Source: Hormiphora californensis (lineage: Eukaryota > Animalia > Ctenophora). Taken from it: a DNA stretch of 64,000 nt. This document shows, one piece after another, positions 23,653 to 58,803 of this stretch; the stretch's first letter is position 1; every line of letters begins with the position of its first letter. The DNA lies in assembly GCA_020137815.1 (NCBI GenBank), contig CM035357.1, positions 6,138,001 to 6,202,000 on the forward strand. Direction: 5' to 3'. Under the pieces are notes generated by a model, which made no database searches, was not told where the DNA came from, and worked only from the letters and a program-made list of their open reading frames with translations. The position numbers were made by a program, and so were the translations under genes.

Positions 23653-25040
23653 AGCCCATTGTTTCGGCCCCAATGCAACACTACAGCTGCAGGGGACATG
23701 TCGGGGGAGCTGCAGTTCGCACAATTGTCCTTTATCCTCTTTCTCCACCTTCCGGGTGTTCTCTTTTTGTGTAAAACCTTGTCTCTTTTTTGTTTAACAC
23801 CCCTAGATCCATAGTCCCCTCTTTTTCTTCTCTACTTGTTGTACAGGCTACAGGTTTGTACCTGTGTCCATTGTGCAGTACTCCAAATATTGGCAACTCT
23901 ACCTCACACCCGAGCTCAGTAATTCTCTACTCCAGATGCTTGCATTGCTCGACCCTCTCTTACTGAGCACATAATACATATCAACTGCAGATGTTGCGTG
24001 ATGATGCATTCCCAAACAACACGTCCTTGTTCCAATGTCCATGTTCTAGTAAATAATGTTGTCTCGCGACATTCTGAATTCCAATATGATGATAGTATGT
24101 GTTGTCTTGCAACATTCCAATAGCTGCACTGCAGCAGCAGGTTGATGGCTTCATCTCGGGAACTATAATAGTGTCAAAACCCTTTTCAGATTGCACAGTG
24201 CCTTCATTCTGATATGATAGGAGATTCAGAACTGAGAACATGTTCTTATTGAGCTTCGTCGAATCATTCATTTTGTTGCATAAGTTCAAGCTCAACTGAA
24301 TACTTGTTTATCCCTTTATCTTGTTCCCACGATAAATCTCACATCAGGCCCTACCTCGTAGTCGTATCAGCAGAACAGAATAAGCCGAGACAGTGTCTAG
24401 AGTGAGTTAGACATGTGTCACATTTAAGAAGGGACAGCTGGTCTTACCAGAACCATGCCCTTACCAGCTGTTCATGTACTGGTATTTTGATGAGTCGCAT
24501 CACGTATGAACAATTCAAGTATTTTGTAGCATGGGTCATGGGATATAAACTAATTCTAAAGTCTATGTATTTTCCGACAAGCCAGTCAAAGGCCTTGGTA
24601 CAAATGTGAGACAAGAACTTTTCTGTAAACTTGATCCAGTGACTTTATTTCTCACTCCACACTACCCAGTGACTTGTTCTTCATTCTTCCGCCTGTTTTA
24701 TGTGTTTAGAACTGGTTGTTATTGAGGTTGACAGGTTTTCATTTGCACCCACACCCGTTATTACTAAAGCTAGCTCTCTCACTCACACTCTATATCTCTT
24801 CCAATAATCACGTAAAATCAACACCATTGTGTGTGCAGCAGTAGTCAACGTTTTATTTTGCCATCCTCATTTCCAACAGTCTTCTGTCTTTCCAGTATCT
24901 TAGCTGACTATTGCCTATCTTGTTCGACTTTTAAATCCTTTGTTAGCCCTCCAACTAACCCAAACCTAACTCCTAACGGCTAACCCCATCATATCTCCTA
25001 TTATAGCCTGCAGCTGTTTGATATACGACCTAGGACCACT

Positions 25041-28000
25041 ATGGATCTGCGGTACCTGCTACTTCAGATGACTATGGTATGGTTTGGTGGAGCAGTCTAC
25101 TCTTCCTCGATATGCAAGAAAAGGTACCCAATTTAGAAGCAGGACTGATCAGGTCTCAGGACTGTAAAATCAGGACAGTCAAATAGGAGGAGTAACCAGA
25201 TTGAAGCTGGTCGGTCAATTAACCCCACAAACTAAAATAATTCTACTCCTCAGTGACATAACGGTTACGGACGCTAAAGTGACGATCAAATCATTCACGC
25301 CCTCCCTGGAACTAACCAAAGATGACATAACCACCTCTAAAATGGTCGTGGGATGTCCTAAGGTAAAGACACTTCTCACCCTAGATTACATTGAATTGTT
25401 TAGGAAGCTCAAAGATTTAACTAAAATTGCTTGGATCTCGCGATTTAGTTGACAACCCTAACAGTTTATTTGTCAGCTCTATTTGACATTCCAACTCAGG
25501 GCTACCAAATGCGTATTGACTACGCATGGACCTATCAGACATATGAACAGCCCAATGGTAACACCCTTATTGAGGTGAACTGTTCCAATCTATACGCACT
25601 GGATAACACACAGATCTGCTTCAGAGGATGCTCGTAAGTTCCACGTGACATACCATATATGGGCATATCACACACGTGATATTTCAAGATTGATTTACAA
25701 CGTCACAGAAGACAGTCTCCAAAGTTTCAATATAAACTGTTTAACTATTGTTCATGTTCATTGATTCTCTACTAGTTAAACTGTTTTTGTAAACACTTGT
25801 GAAGCCAGCTAACTCTACTGCTGCAGTATTAACACTAAGATATAGTTAAAACAGTGTGATATTAGTCGTTGAGTGGTATTTACTGAGATTGTCAGAATTA
25901 AAGTAAATCAACAATCGGTTGAACAAAATAATCGAAATTTCACTTCGCAGGACGTTTTATGAAACCAAAACTGAATTGTTAACATTATTTTCTCACTTTT
26001 AGGTTGCCAAAGGTAGATAACAGTGTCATATCTCCTCTGCCATCTCGGTCCAAAGTTGGAGCACCCTACAATGAAGGAGAATCCATTGAGGTAAGAGAGA
26101 GAACTGTTCACATATTGCTCATGTTGTTAAGGTAGAATTTTTCATGTCGTTCATGTTTTCAGATCCCAGGACTTAGAAAAACAGGAGAAATAAAGGTTTC
26201 TCCTAATATATTGTGTGTATTTCAAGGAGTGTAGCATTGTTAAATGTTAGTGTGTTGTTAGTGTTTGTCAGTTTATCAGGTGATGATAGCACTTTATATT
26301 TCACTAAGACGATGGCTAATAGTCAACATGTCTCACATACTGTGAGCTTTGTAGAATATCGTATGCCAACTGAGGGTAAAATAAATTGTTCCAAGACAAA
26401 TATATGACCCGATTTCGGCCCGATTTCTTTTCAGAAGAGCTCCTCACATATCCAGTCTCCAACAACACCAGTATCCTAAACCTACTGTCCCTTTCAGTTG
26501 TGGTGTGGAGAGGACGTGATACGCAGCACGTGTAAGGGTAGTGAGTGGAGTAACCTGAGTGAGTATAGCTGTCCTACAAGGAACATTAGTGCCCGATCCA
26601 TGGCCATCGTGCTGGATACAACTACAAACATGGAACAGGAGATTAAACAGGTATAGGAAGAGGGTGCAGTGATAGACTGCAGGTACTGGGTATGTACTGT
26701 AATAAGAGGGGGAGTCGGACAGGAGATTAAACAGGTATAGGAAGGAATGTGATGCACTGGGTACTATATAGGTACTGTGATAATTATACACTGGGTACTG
26801 GGGGAGTCGGGAAGGTACTGGGTCCTGTGAAAAGAGGGGAGTCGGGAGCGTAAGCGACCACAACTAGTGAGACAGTTAGTGTGTGAATTTACGACCGTCA
26901 CTAAGAACTAATTGGATATTTTATGGGAGGCGGGAGCTGCATCATGATGTTACTATTTACCCACTACTATCAAACCACTATAAACCACTTCAAACCACTA
27001 CCGTATCCTGCAGGTGTATGATGTGGCTATCTCCATGCTAGATACCATCTCCAAGATGAACGACCCACCAATGGTTAACTACGTCCTCGTCCCATTCAAC
27101 GATCCCGACTTTTACCCCATGTTGGTGACCAACAATGGTTCCATTCTCCTCCGGCATCTTGCCATGATTGATGGGCATGGTGCCAGTGGGGGCAAGGATT
27201 GCCCCGAACTCACCCTGGCTGCAGTTCAACGGGCTATTACAGAGAGCTACCCTGGATCTGAAATATTCGTATTCACTGATGCAAGTAAGTATTGAGTTGA
27301 ATTAGAGTTTAATAAAATAGAAAGAGCTACTAGAACCCCCTATTCTTCTCCCATGGGCACACCAATTGAGGCCATGGGGCAATTAGGCGACAATATTTAA
27401 CCCCAGCTCCTTCCCCTCAGGCAGTAAAGAGGAAGACCGTAGGATAGTGATAATGGAGGAGGCAACGAGGAAGAGGATCAAAGTTAACTTTATACTGACG
27501 GGACATTGCAGTGACAACCAACTTGAGGAACAGGCGGTGTATTATGAGATCGCTGACGCTACATCGGGATTTGTAAGTGGGACAATGGGATTTCCTTTTG
27601 TGGGACAAGAGGGTAAGAATTAGTTACTGGTCTGGGATAAACACCGAATTTTCACCGATAGTTGGGGGCAAATGGCCAGTGCTATTTCATGTATAGTGGG
27701 ATCCTAACAACCTGATAACCTTTCAGTTGGTATCAGTTGACAAAGCCCAAGTTCGGGAGATATCCAGTTTAATGTCTGCGGCTCTAATGGCTAATGAGGG
27801 TGTGCTACATGAGGTGTTTACTGTTGGCAGTGAGAATCCTTCAGCAGTTGTCAAGGTAACGACCACACTATCGCCACCATAGCAACCGAGTTGCATTGTA
27901 GAACTGTGGATGGTAATCTCAATACATGAATTTTCATTGAGCCCCTAATAATCCTTGCCTTTAGATCCCGTGTGACAAGAGAGTACAGCGGATGACTGTG

Positions 28001-31000
28001 ACAGTAACATGCGATAGTGTCCGAATTATCAATGCACGGGATGATAAAGACAATGATGTCAGGTTTCACCAAGTCAGCACTCTCAGGGATATGATAACCA
28101 TCAGTCTGCAACCTTCCATCGCAGGTAGGAAAAACAATGAAATATTCCAAGTTCAATGCTATACATCCTATGACACCAGCCGTGCCACATTCAGTAGTTA
28201 CTGTAGGACCCCGATTTACCGGGCCCCGATATACCAGGAAGATACACTTCCCCCGAGAATCACGGTAATCGGGGTCCGACTGTATATCGAAAACTTGCAT
28301 TTCAAACTCTCGATGTATAATCTGATCTAATATTACTACTGTGTGATTCTATTGTGTTCCAGTAGCACCAACCGATTTGTTGTGTTTGTTAGGAGATCCG
28401 TTTTTGTGTCGCCGGCCACAATTGGGCCCCGGTAAGCAAACGTACACTGTGCAGTGATCTGTGAAACTCCTCCCTTCTCTTTGTTTTCTCGTGTTCAGCG
28501 TGTCGGTATAAAATATTTTCCGATAAAAACATGTGCATATTAAGTAAAGCTTCTCTCGTTCTTTCGTATTATTCATATCTTTCAGATTGTTTCACAACTA
28601 ACTTTTCACAACCTATATTGTGTATCGTATTGTCATTGGACACGTATTGTCTCTTGTGTTTGTTGCATGCTGTAACCAAACTGTTAATGTAGGGTGCTAG
28701 AAGTTCTCAATAATCGTGTTCTGTCTGGTGAACAAATTTGAGCGCACTGTTGCACGCTTTTGGGAATCAAAACGGGGCCTATTGCCGCCAGACAGGTTAT
28801 TAGTTTGAAATGCTTTTTGACCATCTCCTCCTTTTCAGAGCATGTCAAACTGAATGTCTCCTGCGTTGAACGAGGCACCGCAGTGGTATCTGCCCAGACA
28901 ATTACTGACATTGACTTCACCTACCAGTTCTACTTATACGAGGTATGTTGTCACCATGGCAACCATATGATGGTTTGGTAGCCATGGAAACCCAGCAGTA
29001 ATGGGCCATGGCACAATCATTGGGACGATCACTTTCAGCAGCTATACAGCTTACTAAAACAGTGAATTCCCTAGGTCCATGATACCCTAGTGGAGACAGA
29101 TACCCTGGTGGCGGGATCCACAGCAGTGATCTATGTCATGTTTGGTGCCCCTGTATACGATGTACAAGTTACCACGATGGTATCTAACCAACCAGATGGT
29201 ACTGTTCCTATGAAGGTGCGTTGTTATTTGGTTTAGAATAGTTTAGAGGTATCATTGAGAGGTATCATCAGAGTTTAGAAATGTTCGAATTCAAGTATAG
29301 AGGTGCAGAAAGTTATAAATGAGGGCTACCTTGACAAATAATATTGTCTCTCTCTCCATAACAGAAGTATCTGAGAGGTTTCATGGCAACGATTACAGTG
29401 CCAACGTTCAACTTCCATCTCCAATTTACCGCAAAGTACTCTGGCCAGACGGTGCAACGAGTCTCAACACCCATCATACCTAGATCTGGTAAGTTCCAAT
29501 AATCCACTGACCACTCCATGTGCTGGATAATTTAGAATATATTTCCCTGATCCCTCAACCTTCCTCTTACAACTATCGAGCATTATAATTTGAATCCGAG
29601 AGTCGGTTTGGGTCCGAGTAAAATAATTCTACCCCTCCATGAGGGAGTCAATTAATAACACGTCATATATCTATATCACCATGATATATTCCAGGTTGCC
29701 GGGACTTGCCCAGCAGTTCATCCCTGGTCAGCACCCTTCAAACCCACGAGGGGACGGTAGTGAGCTTCTCCTGTTCTAACGAGTGTCAGAGGTTATCCCA
29801 TGATAGGGAGTTGAGGTGTGAAGATGGGGTGTGGAGTGAGCAACCACCGACCTGTCATGATGCTGGTAAGAAATGTGAAGGGATATATGTCATGATGCTG
29901 GTAAGAAATGTGAAGGGTTTTGTTGCTCGAAATATTGGGTACAAGATGAGTGCTCTAAACCTTGTTCAAGGGTCTCAAATCATCACTATTTTCCGCGTTG
30001 GACGTTGGTGCCACCACCAACTTGGTGGGTTAGATTAGAAATCATCTAGGAGCTGTGTGTGTTTGACATGTAATATTCTACTCAGGCTATACATGTGGTA
30101 CACTGAAAGGACCGGGCAATGGAACACTCATGTTCAACAACCAGATCTTGTACACTCTTGCCAGCGCTAAATGTGGCCAATCTGCTGAGGTAACTAAATT
30201 TCTAGCTTGATAATTCAAGAGATATACCAGTGGCACTGTGTTAAATAGGGTGATCGGTCATTATATTTGCTAATTTTGATACTGATCTTTGATGTTTTTT
30301 TGACAGCACGTATTTCCCCTCCTCAGGTGCACTGCAATACATTCTTCAAGCTAAACGGGGAGGAGAGATCTACCTGTACACCCTACGGATGGAGTAACAA
30401 GGTTAACACTTGTGTAGGTATGTAACTCTCAATTAGTAGTCAATTAATTGTGCGAATGTGCGATTAGAACCAAATTACACATAGTTCATGCCGAGTGTAA
30501 TATCCAGATATTATTTGCTGACACGAACTATTATCACAAACAATCACACATTTATGCAAGTGTGTCATTCATTGAACACATGCAATGTTACACAATATTA
30601 TATTCTTGATATCTGACTACTAGATAGCATCTAACTCCTTAAACTCGCAGGCATCAAGAAAGAAGACAAGACTGATACCGATACGATTGATAACAAAGGG
30701 GAGGGTGCATCTGATGAGAGCCGAGAGGAGGTCACCAAGGTGCTTGGAGATTGGTGGATGTGGCTGGTGATCTGTGTTACTGGTGTTGTTACTCTATCTG
30801 TTCTATCGACAGTTATTTGCATCCTCGTTATAAGGGTACGTGTGTGGGTTCAGGGTTGGTTACAAAGTCACCCTTATTATTGCATATAGTGAGCTTGTGC
30901 GGAGGGGTAATTTCAATACCAACGTGTGTCGGAGGCTTCAAAAGAACCAGTTTTTGCACTTTGAGAAATTACTCAACCATTGCTATCTTGCAGCTTGTCA

Positions 31001-31600
31001 ATATCCTGCATAACTCATTTATAAGGCATATTGTTCAGCATGAATATTCAAATTGTCTGTTTACCAAACCCTGTGACGTGGTCCAATATATACCAGCTCA
31101 TGGGTAGCAAATTACCTGTTCTCAACAGGAACCTGCAAAAAAGCAGACAGAGAGCTCAGAGCAAGCTTTCATCACCATTTCATGTTCAACTAATTTAAAG
31201 AGAACAGAGAGCTTCCAATAATACCACCTCTCTCTCCAGAGAGTTTTTAATAAAAAAACTTCGACACGTCGAAATTCGAAAAGTCAACTAATTCTCATTC
31301 ACCTCAGAAGGGAAAACGGAAAGATCCTCTACGAATGGGATATGAACGAGCACCAATTCCAAGGATGGGGGATACAGATGCCCTAGCTATAACTGATGAT
31401 ATCTATGAAGTAGTTGATACTAGTGGTAACTACCCACCCGGTTGCTATAGCAACGGCCCAACATCATGTAGAAACAGCCGGCCACCACTACCTCCACCTC
31501 TGTCAAATCCTTATGGAAACCCCGCCCCTGGAAACCTAGCATCCAATCCTCTCTACAGTAGAACAGGTAAGCTTTGTGTGTTTACTGCCTGTGTGTTTAG

Positions 31601-31637
<37 letters not shown>

Positions 31638-31923
31638 TGTGATTAAAACATTTGTTTGATCGTTATGTGATCTTTGAATGCCTGATAAATCTTTGTAACT
31701 GTTCCTATATCTTATCTTGTAATATCTTTGTTCCTCTTCTTATTGTGAAGCACCCACTCTTCTCTCTACAGCATCCTCAGCAGCATCAAGCTCCTCATCT
31801 GGTCTACCCGGGAATGATTACATGCGCATGTCAGGTGATATACGAAGTACCAGCATTATCTATGAAGAGATGGCAGCTCGCCAACAACAACCCGAGTACG
31901 ACTATGCCACAGGACATGTTTGA
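25041..31923 (+). CDS. Type I membrane protein, ~869 aa: signal - Sushi-like - hemicentin/VWA7-type VWA - beta-sandwich region - 2 Sushi - TM - Tyr/Pro-rich tail
   Basis: 18 GT-AG exons, all in phase (2610 nt): 25041-25123, 25254-25362, 25500-25633, 26003-26090, 26498-26650, 27014-27284, 27421-27572, 27727-27855, 27965-28124, 28839-28942, 29075-29215, 29365-29488, 29695-29865, 30086-30189, 30327-30417, 30651-30835, 31308-31566, 31772-31923. VWA motifs NYVLVPFNDP, GGKDCPEL, IFVFTDASSK, VNFILTGHC; TM WWMWLVICVTGVVTLSVLSTVICILVI. Confidence 0.9.
28201..28282. mobile_element. Small pogo/Tc1-like MITE
   Basis: ggaccccgattt ... aatcggggtccgactg|ta; relatives at 40437-40611 and ~44270-44310. Confidence 0.65.
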
Positions 31924-32512
31924 AGGGGGGATGTTACATTTGAATATATAGGAGCTATGTGATCACTGTGATGTAAAGGAACGAACGTCGAACCTTGAGC
32001 TATGTGATCACCGTGATAAAGGAACGATATCTTGATGAGACCCGGAGAGTCAGATGAGATATATAATAAGCTCAGTCGCTGGATGACTTTGGTGCGTGAA
32101 TTGAGACTTGTGCGGGATGACAAACACTAAATATGTTCTAGGAATTAATACTTATTAGGTAGGAACTACAGACAATTATAAAATCTTTATCAATACATGA
32201 TATGTTTTAGGAAGTGTATTATAACCACTGAAAATATGCATGCTATTTGGTTCTTATTTCTTATTTGACACTGAAATTAGTTTAATTTAAGACTTTGTGG
32301 CTATAAACACAGGACATGACAAAAGTCAAACAATAGCGGATTCGGGAAAACTTTTTTAGAAAAGGAACACGTGTGCGGGTGTACCATAGGTATTGTGTTA
32401 GGACACGAAGATATGCAAGGGGAGAGACACAATATGAATGGCTGCACAATTCACCACTCATGGTACACCACGCAAATCCCTGGCGATCTATAATAATGGC
32501 AGAATCAATTAT

Positions 32513-33500
32513 ACAAATACAAATACAATTATAATTTATATCCCGCTTTTGGGCCTATGCATTGTTAGTGCTAGGAGGACGCCGTTTCAATCAGTCGATT
32601 GAAGCAACGCACCCACCACTAACAAGCCTTCTAAAGCGGCTCTTATAGGATTATAAGATCCTAAAGGCCTTAAAAAACCGTCGGCAGTCATTCGATATAA
32701 TATATATAAATGTAAGTAGAAAATAAGGGTTATAAAATATCTAATTAAGAAATAGCGTAATTAATTCGTTGAGTGATTAAGTAGTTAGATAATTGAGAAA
32801 TTAACTAGTTAGATAATTGATAATTAACTAGTTAGATAATAACTAGTTAGATAATTAACTGTTGATTAATAAGTACATAGTGTAAATACTAAGTAAGTAG
32901 TATAGTTTAATAATTAATTCAAGTAAAAGGCTAGTGATCTAAAAAGGAGGCGAATAGCTAAGTAATTAGTTAATGGATAAAGTAACTGTAACAGGATAAC
33001 CGATAAGGTAATACACACTAACCATATTAATTGCTATATAAGGTTATGATCTAATAAATGGCCTATGGAAAATTCTAAAGAAGCTGGTAATAAATTAACG
33101 AATAACGAGGTAGAAAAATAAAAAGCAAGAGACCAGAGGTCAGTCAGATAGGTTAAATACAAAGCTGTTAATAAATTAATTAATTGGAGCGGTAAAAAAT
33201 AAAAAGGCAGGAGACCAGTGCAATGGCCAGTCAGAATAAGTTAATTAATGCGGTTGGGTTTAAAATTTAATGTACGATAAAAACGTTAAGCTAATTAAAA
33301 TAAGCTGTAAGATAGATAACTGTACTAGACGTAAGTATTTAGGTTATAATTTAAAGTAATTTTAAGGTAACTAGGATAGAGAAGATAAAAATTAAGAGCT
33401 GCCCAACTTAGAAACTCTAGAGTCTATTCTCCAAACACACTCGTATAAAGTCCATCTATGTTTATCGTCTTGATGTCTTCGAGAACGTAATACCCTCCGT
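32513..33500 (-). mobile_element. Possible 5'-truncated non-LTR retroelement (AT-rich 3' UTR)
   Basis: (ATTTGT)n-like tail at ~32513-32528 next to a stem-loop (ttgttagtg...cactaacaa); short open frame ending ...CVWRIDSRVSKLGSS* near 33392-33500. No RT motif visible. Confidence 0.3.
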
Positions 33501-35013
33501 GATGTTCACTGAACATTGTTCAGGCTGGCTCACTCGCTCGCTCAAAGAACCTATGACTCTACTCTAGCCAGAAAGGAAAGAAACTCAACACACACTGTCA
33601 CAATACAACCAGAAAATATACTCAAAAAACTCGACACTCTTGACATGATATCAGACCCCTACTCTACTCATATGTTGGAGGAAAGGACTTCAGATGATGA
33701 TGTAGTTATAGGGGATGTAGTCAAAATAGGAATGTAGTAATGATAGGAATGTAGCACAGTAGAGGAATGTAGGACGTAAAAGGAAAGACCTCCCATCCGA
33801 GACTTCACCACAACACAGCCTTAATTAAGTCACTCTAAAGTCGATTTCGCTTGGCATTAATGGTACAACTCGCCTCTTAGTGCCCCTCAAAGCAGTAAGC
33901 ACCAAAGGTTTTTCTCAACAGGCAAAACCTCAACATTTACCTCATAAAAGATATCGTCTCGCTGAGTTCCTCGGTATTTAGAGCAGAATTTCAATCCTAC
34001 GACAAAAACCGATCAATTTCGGTCATGATACGGATGGCGTTGCTCACTGCTCAGTCAGTTGATGCACAGGGCGGTCAGACTCTTATCTATAGAGACTTGC
34101 TGAGACTCAGAACTCGCAAAGCAAACACAGAAAACAAAAATGCATGTCGAGTCAGTCGCGGAAATTCAAAATTGATGAATGAATAATTTTTAATTCATTT
34201 CCGCCACAGGCAAAACCGCGCACATATAAATCGATTTGCGCGTTTCCAGAAGCGCGTAGCAATTGGCGCGCGTATGTCTGTGTTGAGGCGGCCGCGCGTT
34301 CCAACCAGTTGAATTCCAATTTTAGCGAATGAACATGTCGAGCAGTTGTTGACAGCCGATCCACTCCTATTGCTCGGCTCGTCTCAGGAAACAAATTAAA
34401 ACGCAGAATTCTTCTCATTCAAAAAAAACAAAGGTCGGTAATTGAAAATGGATAACATTTTAAATAAGTCGCTTCACAAGTAAAGAGTGTATCTTACAGC
34501 AGACTGCTTTCTTTTATTTACTAATAAACTCGCTTCCATAGCAAAGCTGTAAATTGAAATGGTACACACACATGATACACACACGCAAGTCACAAACTCT
34601 TGTTGTATGTACACACAAAATTATGTAGGCTGTAGCACTCTCTATCTCTACATTCTCTCTCTCTCTTTCGATGCCTCTATCTCTATCCCTATTCCCTCTA
34701 CAATAAATGCCTCCGCCCTCTCTCTTTATAGCTTTCTAAATTTCCAACACTTCAAACCACTTTTCCCCAAGTTTTATTTCCACCTGCAGCAACGCTCTCT
34801 TTCTTTCTTTTTCTCTCTCCATCTATATCTCTCTATCTCTCTCGGCTCTCCCTCTCTCTCTCTCATTTCCTCCTCAATATTGCATATGCTAAAAACTAAA
34901 AGATACAGGGCGTTATGCACACATCTACATTCTACTCGCCATAACTCACAAATACACACACTAGACAAAGAGTCAAACTTGAAACACACAGTTACACACT
35001 ACAATAATATTTC

Positions 35014-57833
<22,820 letters not shown>

Positions 57834-58760
57834 CTGGAGAGAGAGGGGAGGGTTAGATTGAATAATACCGTCATAATAACTTTTAAGTGCTTGCTCCATA
57901 GATATTATTACTGCATACGTCGAGTGTTAATATATGTTGATGTAGTACATATAGCAAAGTATAGCTAGCAGGCTTAATCGTTCTCGATCTTTCTCTACAG
58001 AATGATTCTTCCAACCATCTAACCTCCCCGCCCGACACACCGATAATTCAATGGATTTATTCTTCGAGAAGAAATGTGTCATAAATAATGACACCTTTCT
58101 TGACATCATTATTATGTAATGATAATGCTGCAGTTATTTCTGTCAAAACCATGCAAGCGGAGACTGAATAGGTGTCCGCAGTGACTAATTTGAGACACAT
58201 ACAAACTTTCTCTCCTGTAATTGTGCTCTCTTCACACACGAACACACGGACACACTTCACCGACTTCACTCCAATCAATTTGCACGGTGTTTGTCTGATG
58301 CAATCGCTACTTCTCTCTCTCTCTCTGTTGAAAACAGGGTACGTGTGTACATTTGCCAGGCACAGCGATATTTGTGTGTGCGTTTCCGGATGTATACAAC
58401 AATTTGACTGCCGTACATTTCACAATAGCACTGTGTTTGTGTTGTTTGCATGTCTGTTTGTACTAGATCGTGAAAGTGAACTGCACTGTGTGGATGAAGT
58501 TGAACAATGGACAAACGAACTGTCTTTTACAAAAAAAGAGAGGGAGAGATAGAGATTGAGAGAGGGAGGATAGAAAGTGAGAGAGGGGAATTGAGAATGA
58601 TGGAAAGTTTTATACAGAGAATTTTAGAGAGAAGAATTATACGGAGATCTGTATAATCACTCCGCGGCAGGCAATACAGCGAAAGCTGTCTCATCAGAAG
58701 AATTATACATAAACCACATACACACACACAAACACAAACACCAATGCCATTCGATATCTA

Positions 58761-58763
<3 letters not shown>

Positions 58764-58803
<40 letters not shown>

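Noticed and set aside
23860-24622. Possible minus-strand exons (open stretch ~24622-24447 and ORF 23981-24295)
   Set aside because: Could not be joined in phase without stops, and no domain was recognised; left unannotated.
27281-27290. GC-AG intron in the VWA exon (GAT|gcaagt)
   Set aside because: The GT donor 4 nt downstream gives the correct phase and the hemicentin-like DASSK.
58057-58552. Missing PH-domain exon of the PLCL-like gene
   Set aside because: The ORFs there show no PH motifs or compatible splice sites; the 5' exons probably lie beyond the window.
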